Part shown: positions 36,635 through 51,139 of the stretch, piece after piece
Layout: every line of letters starts with the position of its first letter
Position numbering within the stretch: position 1 is the first letter of the stretch
Assembly: GCA_040285825.1 (NCBI GenBank)
Contig: JAUPSS010000003.1
Span: 2,666,001 to 2,730,000, forward strand
Length of the DNA: 64,000 bases
Direction of reading: 5' to 3'
DNA from: Eukaryota sp. TZLM1-RC
Taxonomy: Eukaryota; Protista; Metamonada: BaSk clade
Notes under the pieces: generated by a model
Told to the model about the DNA's origin: nothing
The model's input: the letters and a program-made list of their open reading frames with translations, nothing else
Database searches by the model: none
Position numbers and translations under genes: made by a program

Positions 36635-38929
36635 ATGCTACCCCTTCCGCCTAATTTGGGCTCTTTGCTCGTCTTTTGGTTGCCCATTGTTCTTGTTCTG
36701 ATGGGTCATGCTGATGCTTTTAGTTGGGGTGACTGGAATAACAGATCCTCTCAACAGCAATTCGCAAACATCACCTCCATTCCATCCAATGTAGATGCAA
36801 TGACTGCCAGTGTAGTCAAGTACCATGAAGCAGATTGCGATTCTATTGTTCTTGCTTGGCTCCATAATAACCGCATTAATTATCGAATCTTTTATTGCTT
36901 CTTTAAGTATGGACATTTTTCTTCAAGTGAGGGGTTCACTCCATTTTGGTCTTTAAGAGAGGAGGAACATAGTTTTCCTATCAGTGTGCCTGGCGACTAT
37001 CCTAATGCCCGTGGTTCCCCTTTAGTTGGTGTTTCTAATCGTCCAGATTCTTGGTCCATAGCTGTTGCCCAAGATTCCAATGGATTGGTTTTTTCCGTCA
37101 ATAGATGCTATAGTCGTGCTACTGTCTTGTACAGTGGTCAAGCTTGTAATAAAGATTTCCAAGTAGGCAGTAATGTTATTCAATGCCGTAATGACTCTTT
37201 TGATTTGGATCGGTTTGGTTAATCATTCTCTCATTTTAGTGATGTCCATGGACGTTGTAGGTACCGTGTGTACAGGGGAATAAAACTCCACGAGCCTGCT
37301 AATGGACTTCCTACGGTTACGGCCAATTCCCTCAGAGCTGTGCAACATTACCGATATGATGATATTCCTGAGCATGATGAAAGTCCAAGACATGCTGACC
37401 CAACCTTGTGTATGAACTTCCTCTAAATCTCACCTCCAGGGCAAGTACCAAACATGGTAGGTTCATTTTCTGCAATGAAAGACTTGGATGGCGATGATGT
37501 GCCAGAAGTAGTGACGGGTGGTGTTTATCGTCGTCCAGTGTCTTTATGGTCGTACAGAAGTAATATTGAAAGGCCTTGTTGCGAAAACTCCCAAGAAATT
37601 GATAGTGGTGCTAGTGACCCGGCTGATATTTTTCAAGACTGGAGAATGATTGAAGTACCCAACAGCCTCTCTGGAAGTATCAGTGACGTTTCTTCTGGTT
37701 GGGTCATTCGCAACAACAGGTATGTGAATTCCTGTATCAATTAATAGGAGAATTTTACCTGATGGTAATTGGAGACGACCAGCTAGAGTTTGTTGCTTTT
37801 GTGTTCTTATTTTAGGGTTGGCTAGACCCCTCTCCTGAGGCTTATAGTAGTACAGAAGTTGACATTGAATTCGAGTTTGCTTAATGGTCTTGCTTATTTC
37901 AGATGGGGAATTGATGAGGATAATTATGGTGCATTTAATCATGGAGAGTGTGTTCTTCCTATTCTTACATTAGAGCTGGTTTCCTCTTTGGAGTGTCAGA
38001 CGACAGCAACTATTATGTCTATGTCATGTCAAATCACCGACTCTGTGGCAATCTTCGTGAAGATTATGCTGAAGGTGTTTTGAAGGCTACATCTGGCTCC
38101 AGAAGTATCTTAAGAACTCGGGGTAACTTTCCTCAATTCTATCCTGGTCAGAAGCACGATTTCAGGATAACTCTCAAAGGGACAAGAATCCGAGTTTGGC
38201 GTGATGGTGTTCAGATCTTCAACTTTGTTGACTCTGGAACCATTCATTCAGGTAGCTATGGATTTTACGTTTGGGTGTGTACCATGTTTCAAGACCTTTA
38301 ACCTCAGGACCAAGATGTTTGTTAACTCACTTCATTTTAACCTTAGGGAGTATGTTACTGCCTTTCTTCATAACTCTAGGCTTATTTTGACAAGATTGTG
38401 ATTAACACTAGATCTGTATCAGGAGATGTGCAGGTAAATAGCGACTACAACAACCCAGCTTCGTCTACCAGAGAATGTGTCTTGCGCACCATTGTCAGTA
38501 GTTTCACAAGTAATACCTATGCATCTGCTGCCATGTTTGTAGACTCCTCTTTACCCTACTTACTCTAGTCGACGAGCTACTAATACCATCATACCTGGAT
38601 GTGGCTCCAGCAATGGTCCTCTTTCATGTACGGCTAGCTGGGTGAATCTAGACATTGACAGCAGACCCGATCTGTTGGTACACTGCACTGTTGGAACCTC
38701 TGACTTTTACAAAGTTGGTTATAATTGGGGTCTTTCAGGTCCTGTTTCTTGGGGTGATTTCTCCAGAGGGTCGATCAATCATTCAAATTCAAACACCAAA
38801 CTTGCCTTATTGGATGTACCTTTCAATGACCGAAGCCCTACAGCCATTTCCATTCCCAATCAAGTACCTCCTGTGATGATGATTACTGCTGTCAATGGAG
38901 CACTTAGATACCGCCACATGATGAGGTAG
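36635..38929 (+). CDS. Intron-containing secreted protein with FG-GAP-like (DLDGDDVPE, DIDSRPDL) and concanavalin-like segments; exon structure approximate
   Basis: Signal peptide (LLVFWLPIVLVLMGHADA); successive ORF pieces separated by ~27-35 nt GT-AG introns; HDFRITLKGTRIRVWRDG..DSG..SGSYGFY. Confidence 0.6.
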
Positions 38930-39084
38930 GTTTTGTTTTGTGTATATTTGTAAAATAAAGGAAGTTTAGATAATAAATCAAATATATTGTGAATCGATTT
39001 TTTCCTCAACATTTCACTCACTCAGAATTCTTGATTGCTTGAACTTTGGTAGAAAGTTTTTTTTTAAAAATTTAATTTTATTCA

Positions 39085-41130
39085 AAACCTATAAATCAAC
39101 ATCTAAAAAATCCATCTCTCCCAAAACAAAAACACTAGATGCAACTCTCTCATAGTGAGATCCAAGAGAAAGCAAAGCATCAGAAACCATCTTCAACATC
39201 CCCTTAAAAATAGAAAACACAATTCTATTTTGCCAAAACAATTTGTTGAAATTTCTCCCAGTTCTTCTCTTTACAATCATTTCAAAATCATCCAAAAAAC
39301 GTAAAGCAGTTGGTGCAAGTGAACCAAAAAGGGAAAATACAAATGGATACAAATTATATTTTGCATGCTGTAGACTGGCCAATTTGGACAAAGGTTCATT
39401 GTATTTTTTGAATTTAAAATTTTCAGCATTTGAAAGGGGATTATGAATTTCAGAATTAACAAGCCTTTCATTTGAGGCATAACAAGGATCATCAGACAAT
39501 ACATCCAATAAAATGAAGTTTCCATCTAATCTAGGTAATATGACATCACCTCTATTGTTCTTATGAAAATCATCAGTATCAAACAGATTTGACAACAGAG
39601 GTTCCAAAAAGGATTCAATTCTATGAGATTTACACATACAATATAACTGGTCTCTTACAGCATCATGAACCTTGCTTCTAAAAGTAATCAAATGTTTACA
39701 ATTTAACAAATGAGTAGTTGTAATTTCTCGAGAACATTTACAAATTAAATTATGAGGTAAATTATCAGGCCAGATAAAGGAACGAAATCTCATATTCAGA
39801 GTCCAAGCAGAATCGGATAAGAGAGTACCATAAACTTGTGGAATTGTTGTTACTAAGGCAGAAGAAGTACTGTCACACATATCTTGTAAAAGATTTGCAA
39901 AAGCGGGATTCTTTTTCTTGGCCAAGCCAAGTCTAACATCAAAATCCAAGCTTTCAAAAATCTTTGACAATTTTTGTTGAAGCTTTTTACAGCAAAACTG
40001 TAAAATTATATAGAGATCGGTTTGGAATTTCTTGAATTGATTGAGGAAAACATTTGGTCCAAATTTGTGGCGGTAATTTTTCAAGTTCACAAGATAACTC
40101 ATACAAATGGGGACTACAATTGGGGACTAACAGATGAGAATCATCAGGAAATCTACGAGAAAATTCATAAATAAAATTTTTGCCACCACCCAAGAATGCT
40201 GATTGACACAAAATTGAAGATTTAGTAAAACCAATACCACCCAAATTTGCTGAAGAAAATAAATGGCTTTTCAACATTCCTGGTTCTACATCCAATAAAT
40301 CAGCAAAAAATTCTGTTCTCAATGAATTAAAAGAACGACAAAAATCTAATGCTATGGAAGGAGCACAAGATCTCAAAATGTGGGTTATTCTCCCAGTGTA
40401 GCAAATTTTTAGCATGAAAAATTTTAATATGCTTTTCTATATCTAAAGAAGAAATTGAATCAAGTTCAATTTTCATTTTTTCCAAAATAACTTGCAATTC
40501 ATTCTGAATTTGAGGCACATTTCCTAACCAACAACCAAGGAACTTAAAAGCATCACTACTATAATTAGTAAATGGGACAATAGAATCGTTTATCACGAGG
40601 TCTTGAGCAGAAGAGCCAATCAGAAGGCATTTGCTGGCATTAAGATGAAGCCCAATATTTTCATATGAATCGGCAATTTCTTGAGCAACCAATTCTAGTA
40701 AATCAAATGAACCAATCAAGGATATATCATCCATATAAGCTACTATTTTTATAGAAGGGTATTTTTGCTTAATGATATTTAAAGTTTTGTGAATAGCTAA
40801 ACGAAACAATAATGGGCCTAAAGGATCTCCCTGCTTCACTCCAGAAGATGATTTAAGACCAAATGAATTAAAAATTAAATCTGATTCTTTCCCACAAAAA
40901 TGGTAGAAAAAACTCGATAGCTCAGGAAAGTCAGATTTAATAACTTCAAAAATTGCTTCTCGCTTTACAGAATTAAAAGCATTTTTAAAGTCGAGATTAA
41001 AAATAAAATTATTTTCCTCTGCATTAAAAAAGGTATCAGAGGCAATAGCAGCAACAGAAGCACCATCAATTGTTTTGATTCCAAATTGATGAGGATTCAA
41101 AAATGTAGAAGCTTTGTCTTTGACACGATC
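39085..41130 (-). mobile_element. 5'-truncated RLE non-LTR element, family C (RT+RLE, frameshifted)
   Basis: LDFKNAFN, GVKQGDPLGPLLF, AYMDD, CKC..HLLNC, HDAVRD, RGD. Confidence 0.92.
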
Positions 41131-43269
41131 TTTGGTAGAAAGTCTCAGCAGTTTATGCAGAGCTAGGTTCAATTTTTGACATAAATATTCTTTCACCGAA
41201 TATTCTTCATCATCAACAATTACCCACGAATGCAACTTGTACAAAATTGCACTTGATGCTTTGTAATATGTCACAAGAGTTTATTGGTACCATTTGTTCT
41301 GGAAGTGAGAAAAGAGTGTAGAATTGAAATTTCTGGATAAAACAATTAGTCCTTTTTATTAAAATTTTGTTGTGTGGAGTGGGCTACACATCTGACAAAC
41401 AGATAAGCCGAATTCAACTCAAGAATTTAATAAAAAATGAATGTAAATGATTAACTGAATAACGTAACAATTAGCCCAATTACTGTGAAGTACCAAATAG
41501 AGTCCGTGCTTAATAGAGCCCATAACTGAATTCTGTCCAATTTTTACATTATTTGTGTATAATTTTTTTCGAACATGAACCATAATATGTATTGTTATCA
41601 AAAACTCTAACTTTCTTTCTTTTATTTACCTTCACAATGTTTTTCTCCATCGCATCTCGTTACCACAGGACTACTGGACCTGCTGATGTGTTTCCTAAAA
41701 TCCGCAAGAGTTGAAAAAAGCCAGAGTTCAATACTCTATTGGTTTTGAACAGAAGGTATTGGAAAAGCTTTTGGAAAACGGCAAGTCACATATTCTAAGA
41801 CGTTATACCCAACTTGATCACCGTCAAAAAGAAGACTGCGCAAGAGACAGGATTGCAATAATGTCAGCAGAAGACATTGTAGCATAAATGTAATTGTAGT
41901 TTTTTAAGTTTTTTTATAGTCTGTGTTTAATTTAATTAAACTGTGTATTAGTTTATTCTTGATATAGGGTGTTAGGTTGAATGTTGGACCAAATAGAGCC
42001 CATAAATGATTTTTGGCGTCTTCTTTTGGCACTTGACAGTAGTAATAAATAGAGCTGGCCCAAGGGTTTGGATTCTCTCAGATCCCGGTAACCTTTCGAT
42101 AACCATTCTCTTACATTGACTCTTACCTCTTGTCTTCCCTCCATTGAACTTGACACTTTTTTAACTGATCTCCGCATCTTTATCTAATGTAGGTGAACAG
42201 CTTTATCTAATGTATCAGTTTACATTGGCTGATTCCTCACTTATTGGCCATTTTTCCCAGACTCTTGTTGGTATTAACAATGCAGATGTTACCTTTACTA
42301 ATGTTGATGTTTAGATTCACAAGCTTTTGGACATGTTGAATTAACCGATTCTAATTTCACTGCAGTGATGCCTGTGGGCTAGAGTCAGACATATGAACAG
42401 AGAGAGTAATTTATTACGACGGGAAATGAGCTATAGTGAATTTCAATACCATCACTAGTGAAGTCTCCATGACAGAACAATAAACATTAAGCTAATATAC
42501 AAGAACAAATAGATAAGTCTGACTACACTCTAGAATAGTGTAAAGACTAACAGCAGTAGATGTTGAATTTAACAATCTTGAAAGTAATGTTAATATTGTT
42601 AAAGCTTTAAATTTAAATTGTTTATTAATATAAACAATAATTTATTAAAGAAAAACTAACAATTAAATATAACTGACAATGATAATAACTAAGCTTCCAA
42701 AGCTTGAACAAGGCTTTCCACTCCTTTTCTGCGTCCCCTGTGAATAATGTCAGCATCTTCACATCCAGAAATCACAACTTGGAAACCAATGATTTGTTAT
42801 TCCTGGCCAAAAATAGCCTTAACCCTAGCGTCGGTCGTTATTCCTTTTAAAATTATGCCTCGAACAAAATTGTTGTCTACCGTGACGGGTATTCGGTAAG
42901 CTTTGCCCTCGAACCTTCCTGAAATTGCAAAGTTTTTCATGACTCTGCATTGCTTTCCATCATTCAATTTTAATGAACTGGCAATAGCGTTGGTTTTGGC
43001 CCCGTTGGCCTTCTTTCCTACCTTTTGATAATCCTGGGAAGCCATTTTGTCTTTGGGTTTTACGACATATGGCGGCAGCCCAAGGTGGAGGTATTTCTTC
43101 ACCTTTTGAACTATTTAACGCTGTGGAGTCTTTTTTGTTGTGAAAATCACATACATTAATGACATAGATTAATGCAACAAACCTCCATGATTTTGTGAAT
43201 TAAATTCTTATACTTTCTTAAAAAATAAAACCGGAATTTTATTCAACAACAAATATGAAAACATAAAAT

Positions 43270-44580
43270 ACACAATTAAAACTCCACATCCTCAAAACCT
43301 GCCTCCCCTACATCAAAACAATTAATTGCCAATGTTTCAGAAAATTTCCTAAAAGAAGATAGTGAATCAGAAATCAGTTTTGCCATTCCGTTAAAAATAG
43401 AAAATACAATCCTGTTTTGCCAGTAAACACGATTGAAAATTCTTCCAGTTCTTTCCTTTACAACTACAACAAAATCCTCAAGGAAAGCCATAGCAGCCTT
43501 ACCCAAAGATCCAAGCAAAGAAAAACAAAGGGACATAAATTATATTGAGCATGAGAATTTTCATTAATCGAGGAAATGGGTTTCGCATATTCAGCAATTT
43601 TATATTTTTCGCCTGCAAGAAGAGGATTATTTACATCCGAGTTAATGAAATGTTCGTTAGAAGAATTACAAGGGTCAATGGACATAGCGTCTAAAATTGT
43701 AAAACTACCATTTAAGCCAGGAACAACTAGATCACCTCTTGTCAGACCCATAGAAGCTCTGTTGTAACGCGTACTATCAATATTGGGATCATTAAGAATT
43801 AATTTTGATAACAGCGGTTCTAAAAAGGAATCTACTCGATATGATTTGCACATTACATAAATTTGGTCCCTGATGTTATTATGCACTTTTCTTCTAAATG
43901 TAATGAAATGTTTACAGTTCAAAAGATGAGTAAACAAAAGAGGTTTACCACATTTACAAGTTAATTGATTGGGCAAAATGTTTGGCCACAAAAATCAACG
44001 AAAACGCATGTTTAAAAGCCATTCATTGTTTTTTAACAAAAGCCCATAAACAGAAGTAATTTGAGTTACTATAACAGCAGCAGAGCTATCACGAATATCC
44101 TTTAAATTACCGAAAGCGGGATTTTTAGTTTTGGCCAAGCCAAGTCTTACTTCATAATCCAAGCCTTCATATAATTTAACCAGATGGTGTTGAAGCTTTT
44201 TCACGCAAAAACGTAAAATTGGAAGTGATCGGGTGGGAATTTCTTGAATATTTTGAGGAAAACACTGGATCCAGATATCACTAGGCAAATTATCTAAGTC
44301 AATTTGAAGTTGATTCAAATAAAAATTAGATTCACCATGGATCAGATGAACATCATAAGGAAACCTTTGAAAAAATTCAAAAACAAAATTTTTTCCACCT
44401 CCTAAAAAAGCTGCTTTACATCAAATCGAAGATTTCGTGAAACCAATTCCACCTAAATCAGCAGAACAAAAAACATGACTTCGACTTAAAGATTCATTTA
44501 CCTCCAATAATGAGGAAAAAAAATTTGACCCGAAGTTTGTTGAAAGATCTACAAAAATCAAGAGACACTGAAGGAGGAGT
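43270..44580 (-). mobile_element. RLE non-LTR fragment, family D
   Basis: CKCGK..HLLNC, RGDL, DAMSIDP, EKYKIAEY. Confidence 0.88.
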
Positions 44581-44599
44581 TGATCTTGAAAAATTGTTC

Positions 44600-45251
44600 G
44601 GAATTTTTAACCCATCCTAAAAATCTTGAATATTCAGTAATGAGCAGACGGAATCATTCAAAACCTCTTTGTCAAATAATGCAATACATTTACTTTTCCT
44701 GCTATTATCTGGATGGGATCGATGAAAAGCCCATCATTTTATTATATTTTCAGTCATTCCTACATAGACACCAGTAGGTAAATTGATTGTGTAAATACCT
44801 TTTATACAATGAGCTGTCGTGTTATCAATCAAATTTTTAACCTCGTTAAAATCTCTCGACGTAATTAAATCAAAAATGGATTTATTCACAAATGATTTGA
44901 TCAACGATATTCTTTTGTACAACATAACTATTTAAGTGCTGTTTGGGTCTTATTTACTTCATTTATGGGTACAGATGATACAATTCTTAAAAAGTTTGTT
45001 TGAGAAATTGATCGAGAAATTGATTGAGAGTGTGCTTGAGAAATTGATTAAGAGATTCAATGAAAGATTGATTGAATGTGGAATACCTCTGAGTCATAAT
45101 GGTCACTCTCGGAAGGAGACCCACTTGACCATTTACTAAATTCTACAAATTTTCCAACATATTTAGGAAAATAGTTCAAATCTTGAATTAATTGTCTAGT
45201 TGCAACCAATGAAGCTAATTCAGCAGTAATAGATCTTGTTGTTCCAGACAT
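44600..45251 (-). pseudogene. GIY-YIG endonuclease remnant
   Basis: KGIYTINLPTGVYVGMTENIIK*WAFH; TGA stands at the position of the conserved Arg (probably CGA>TGA). Confidence 0.7.
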
Positions 45252-46280
45252 TCTTACACTGTTTAATGCACAATTGATTTTGAGGTATTGAGTAACCTTT
45301 GCAGTAGTTTCATTAAAAAAAATTCTACATCATCCAGGAAATTTTTTTCTCTAAGGGAAAACATTTGTTCCTGAAAACATTCATTCCCTTGTCACTTTCA
45401 TGGATTTCACTTCCCTCTTTTCAGTGACATTGTTATATACCAACATGATCTTGAAGCTTTATCTGAAGAAGTTCATGTCATTTAGACTGAAATGATCAAC
45501 AAAGAATAAGATTGGATGATGAGATTGAGCAGTGCTTATCAACTTGGCCATATTCTGTTACCGTTTTTGACGAAATCTTAAAAACATGCATTTTATGATC
45601 ATATTCGTGGTGTCATCGATTCGAGGGTGTATAAAAATCAAATAAATAAATAAAAAAAACAAGAATTTTATTTAACACAGAAACTGTTAAAGTAGAATGA
45701 CTTTACTTAATCTAATCTTAACCTAATCTCAAGTTGTCATTTGTTTAAAATTATAATTATTATCATTATAACTATTTGTTAATTACTATATTAAATAAAA
45801 TTTTATTGAACTGTTAAGTTTTCTAATTGAAGTTCAACTTGTTTGGATTAGTGTTTGAAATCATTCAGTTAAATCAATTCCATCTCATAAATCTTATTAA
45901 ATAAACCCTTGGTTTTTCAGAAACCTGCAAATGGTTATGGACAAAAAAAATGTTGAACAATAGTATTACATGTGAACAAAATAATTGGTTCAAAAGAAAT
46001 AAAAAATGGTTCAATATAGACATATGTTGGAAAGCATTTGTTATACTAGGAAGATTGAAGATGTGTTTGAAGAATCATCAACTGGCTTGCTTTCACTTGG
46101 TGGATTACTTAGTGCACGAGGTGGTCAAGGTGGGCAAGCGGGACTGACATGACCTTGCACCTCCTCCCTGCTTCTTCAAAATTCCCCCTCCACCTTATCT
46201 ACAGTGACACTTGTCTTACATCATGATACCCTCTAAACTTTACAGTGGCCCTTCAACAGGGAAAACAACTGCTTCAAGCC

Positions 46281-47588
46281 ATGTTTCTCATGTACAAATT
46301 ACTACTACTCTCAACTATAGTCGCTCTGACGTTTGCTTGTGGTCACTTCTGTCCACCAACGGAAAAAGAGGCCCTCCTCAAACTTCACGAAGAACTTCAT
46401 GGTGAATCATGGACCAAGAAAGTTTGTGTCTCCTTATCACCTAACTTTAGTGGGATATGAAGGAAAAGGACCATTGTAAGTGGCATGGAATCGAATGTGT
46501 TGATGGTTCTGTCACTGTGATTGACCTTCAAGACAACAACCTCCAAGGAAAGCTTCCCCGAGAATTTGCATGTTTCCCAAGGCTCCAAACCTTGTACCTG
46601 CAAAAGAACAAGCTTAAAGGAAAGATCCCTGATGGCCAAGGTGGTATGTTTCTGAACCCAACTCATCGTAGAAGGAATAAGCTGCTTGATGGCCTTGAAG
46701 CACGTTGATCTTTCTAACAACAAGTTTAATGGCAAAATCCCTGAAGGTTTCTGTGAACTCTATCTCTCCCTCCAATACCTTTACCTCAACAATAACGACT
46801 TCCATGGCGAGATCCCCAAGTGTTTTGATGAACGTTTTACCAAATCCCTCAAAACTTTCCGTGCTCATTGTAACTTACTCGAAGGAAAGCTTCCAAAAGG
46901 CTTCCAAAAGATGAACGAACTCCGTGAGCTCTGGATTCATTGTAACAAAATGGAAGAAGCTGAGGCACCACCAAAGACCATTTCTTTCAAGCAAGGCGAC
47001 CTTGACTGCGAAACTCTTTGTCCCCGCAAAGAGTGTCCTGAATGGATCTATGATGAAGAATGCGGCTGGTACAAGAGAAAGGAAAAGCGTGAAGAAGAAG
47101 ATGAGAAAGATGAAAAGGAAGAAGCAGAAAAGAAGATTGAGCGCTGTATTGCCAAGTATAGCGGCAAATGCTACCGCAAATGTAAACGAATGATCAAGGA
47201 AGAAGACGATGATGAAGAAGATGAGGATAACGATTATGAATTCTATAATAAGCGTGATCGTAAACGTCGTGACAGGAGACGCAGGCACTATAGCGATTCT
47301 GATGATGATGACGAAGATGAGGAAGAATACCGCCGATGCTGTCGTAGTCGTAACTGCTGCAAAAAGTATAAGTGTTGCAAAGACCGATACACTGAATCCG
47401 AAACCGAAACGGAGAATGATCACGAGGAACGCATGGACATGTGCATGAATCTTTGTGTAAAGAAATACGAGCGCATCTGCTACAAGCGATATGAACACCT
47501 TCTTGAAGAAACTAATGACGATGACTACGATAATGATAATGACAAGAAGAATAACAAGAAGGACTGGAAGAAGGATAAATACTATTAG
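46281..47588 (+). CDS. Giardia-type cyst wall protein-like LRR protein with a charged, Cys-rich C-terminal tail; introns 46422-46450 and 46644-46671
   Basis: Signal peptide; CPPTEKEAL..W..C.W.GIEC cap; LRRs with ACFPRLQTLYL, HCNLLEG, LWIHCN and GDLDC. Splicing both introns joins the three ORF pieces in frame. Confidence 0.8.
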
Positions 47589-48343
47589 ATAGCTATGTAG
47601 ATGTTGCACCATAAACGCTTTATGTCCCTTTGTGATCATTCAACATTGGCACCCAACAGTGACACTTTAAGTAGCCATCTGTCATAGCTGAAACTCTAAA
47701 CAACAATTAATCCATAAAATCAATGGAATCGCACTTTGAAAGCAGATGTTTTATAAAGAAGATCTCTGCAACGAAATCACTGAAATGCTGTCTAGCTAAA
47801 GCTTCTCTAATTCAATTGAAAAACCGAGGCAATCTATTAATAATGGCAAGTTGCATTCAACAGCGCCAAAACAACTATAATAACTATATAACTATAACTA
47901 TAACTATATAACTATATAATTCAAAAATTCGATCATAACTGCTCTGGAATCGACTTTCGAATTTATGATTTAGCGAGAAATTATTCAATTTTTGCAATCT
48001 GTGCAAATGCATTTCAAACAAGAGAACAAATTTTCCAGAACAAATCATATTCCTAAATCTCCTTCCATTATGAATTTATCCTCTTGAGAGTTATTCTATT
48101 CAAAAAACATTCTGGAATTTCTAGTGGTTGACTATACACAAAAGCAGGTGACTTTTTGCTGAACAAAATCGTTACAGTAAAAATCCAAAAGACATCATAT
48201 CATCAACACAAATTTGCCAATAATTTCTTACCAATACTGGCATCAGTTACACATACATGTTACGTCTCTTTCCTAGGGATAAACTATTGGGTTGTTCTGT
48301 TATACTTCATGTTTACTATTAGTCAAAATGAACTCAGGCATTC

Positions 48344-49302
48344 TGGCCTCGAGGAATTGGATGGACTCAATTTTTGAAAACTTTTCAGTGAAAGAAATGG
48401 AGTTGTCGCTGTGATGATCAATGAAGCTTTCACTTCAACAATATATCCTGTTTGTTTTGAATAGGTTGATACGTTTTTGAGGGTAACCAATCCTACATTA
48501 TATTAGGGCTGTCCAAGTTCTGTTCTGCTCAGTTCAGTTCAGAAATAAATTTGGAACTTGAAATGAACTGAACTGAACCAGTTCCGAACCGGTATAATAA
48601 AAGAATAGTCTTTTTTTAAAAAAAATTTTATTTTGAAAACAATACGAACTAATTTCCTTAATATCTTCTCCATTCCTTTAGAGAGACTAACGTGACAACG
48701 GACAAGACCATTTGGGAGACGGGTTATATGTTTCAGAACCCAGGACCTGTTGGGTGAAGTGAAAGGAGAAGATATTGTGTGTTCTTCCATGGAAATGAAA
48801 CGAAAGAAGTCAAATGCAAAATATAAACTTTGATTTGAAAGTTTGAAAAACCAAATTAAACAAAAATTAAACAAATATTTATTAATTACTGGTTGTATTC
48901 ATTTATTTTAAGTCATTGCAATAACTGAAAACAAGTTATAAACAGTAGTAGAAAAACAAGCTGAGACATTGGCTGAACTGGTTCAGAACCAGTTCAAACT
49001 TGTTCGGAACCTGAACCTATCATTCTTGAACTTAACTCAACCGGAAATTCTCTGAACCTGAACTGAACTCAACCAGTTCCGAAATGAACCTGGACAGTTT
49101 TACATCATATAAGAACAAAATTCCGGTTACTACTTGTCATGGTTTAATAGCTTGCAATAGTGAGAGTTGTAGATTCAGTAACAAAGGCTCAACAAAGCTT
49201 TTCAATAGAAATAGGCTACCTTGTCTGAATATGTCTGCAATCGCCGGAGCCAGAATAAGTGCCAATGAAAGGGCTCAGTATCTGTGTAGTAAATAGTTTT
49301 TG
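48344..49302 (+). pseudogene. Degenerate 3' copy of Fanzor family 3, interrupted by a hAT element
   Basis: RGIGW..MINEAFTS..PVC..RVTNP | PVTTCHGLIACNSESC..LFNRNRL..QYLCSK matches 56677-57010. Confidence 0.88.
48504..49102. mobile_element. Non-autonomous hAT element (599 bp)
   Basis: Imperfect TIRs TAGGGCTGTCCAAGTTC / GAACCTGGACAGTTTTA; 8-bp TSD CATTATAT/CATCATAT; subterminal GAAC(T/C) repeats; BED-finger remnant RSWVLKHI..VRC on the minus strand. Confidence 0.88.
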
Positions 49303-51139
49303 TGAATACAGTGAATCCTCTATATCTACAATGGGTCGGGACCAGAAAAAACTGTTGCATATATGGAAATTGTAATTATAGAGGGTCTTTTCAAAGTCAA
49401 CAGCCAATCACAAATTATCCTCAATAGAAACAAGAGGAGCTTTTTTTCTCAAATTCTGACCGAAGTCCTTCAGAACTGACAAAAGAAGCGCAGCTACTAC
49501 TGTTTCATCTACTAATCTATTGTAACTAATTCATTAAGAACAATTAGATATACCCTACAGCATTAAATAATATATTCAATTATCTTCATCTATGTTGTTG
49601 TTTTCGATATCAATTTCAAAATAGTACCAGAATAATAAATGCAGATACAAAAATGCAAAAAAAACATAAAATATTCTATATTTCCCAGGAATGATCCCAA
49701 TCAAGTTCTATAACATCATCTGCTTCCTCCCTATTCAACCCAGTAGACAATTCTGTAAAGTAATGAAATGAAATTAGTTTTTTTTGGAAAAAATATTTCA
49801 ACTCTATGATCACCTGACATAGCTTGAAGCAGAGAGCTCTCTATCGAACTGTAATATGACCAGCTCATTAAATAGTAATATGACATGTAATGATGTGTTT
49901 AACACCGTTGCAGTTAAGGAGGGAGTTTTAGTTTAATTTTCCAAAGTGGGACTTGAAATAAGTTCCAAATTTCACTTAGACTGAAATTGCAGATTCGGAG
50001 GGTCAGTGTCCAATACACAATTACTGAAATTGTTGGAACATAAAATGGTGTTGCAGTTATAGAGGGTTCACTGCACCAAAATTGTTCATATACTTCTAGG
50101 AATTTCTCTTCTCAAATGCTCTCCCTCAATGACATCTGTGAGTTAGACCATGATTTTACCTAATCGCAGCAGGGTTTTCCACCAAGGGTTTGATCAGCTT
50201 ATCTGCATCTGCTTTTGTCGTACTTGTTTTCTTTGCCTTCATTGTTATTCTCATCAAACAGAAGATCAACATGGATTCTTTGTCTAACATCAACAACTAC
50301 ACATTCCTCATCTTTATCACTTCGCTCTCTGTTACTCTTGGAACTCTTGTGTCCTACTGGATCGATCTCAGCATCTTCACCTGTTTCAAGATACTAGCTC
50401 TCACTTTGCCCATTGTGGGTCTGTCAGGAGTCCGTAGTTTCAAAGGTTAGTATATGTTGATCTTTGTTGTAAACTTGTTTTTGGTTTTTGTTTTTGTTGT
50501 TTTACATTCGATTCTCTCAATAACTACACCATTATTCACACTTCTAAACTGAATCACTTATATTCTAACATTAATTATATCAATTTTCACAGAGCTCTGT
50601 GTTTCAAGATTCACCACCAGTAGTTTTTCGACTTGGTTCCTTCACCAGTTGAACATTGGTATTCTGCATCTGTGTACTTCCTATCACATCACATTAAAGA
50701 ACCATTGAAGCTGACATACAGATATGATATTTGAAATATCATTTAATGGTGGATACATTATATTTAAAGGAGGAAGTATGACATTATTTACACCAATTTG
50801 AGCTCTTTATTGAATTTGTTCAAGTAGATTCTCATAAGTCATGACCGACATTTCAGAAGTATTCTTGTTAGTTCTGAGACACGATTGTACATTTCCATTG
50901 TTTGCTAGATAACTATCGAAGGTCTTTGAGAATCGGCTTTACGGAGATTCCTGAGACGGAAAAATCTCGTTGATCCAATATTGTTAACATTGTTGTTGAA
51001 ACAAATTTACCTAGATGAATAGGGATAAATCAATGTTTTGACACGTTGTAACGAGTTAGTAGATAAAATGCTATGTTACACACTATTGTACCGTCTATAT
51101 TTTTAGTTTTTTTCTCATTGATCAACTTTTATTTATCGA

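Noticed and set aside
46875-47639. 254-aa hydrophobic minus-strand ORF (also 33877-34422, 60005-60424, 63590-63919)
   Set aside because: Antisense shadows of ORFs on the other strand.
49304-49385. Pogo/Tigger-like terminal sequence (TA-CAGTGAATCCTC...)
   Set aside because: No partner TIR found in the window.
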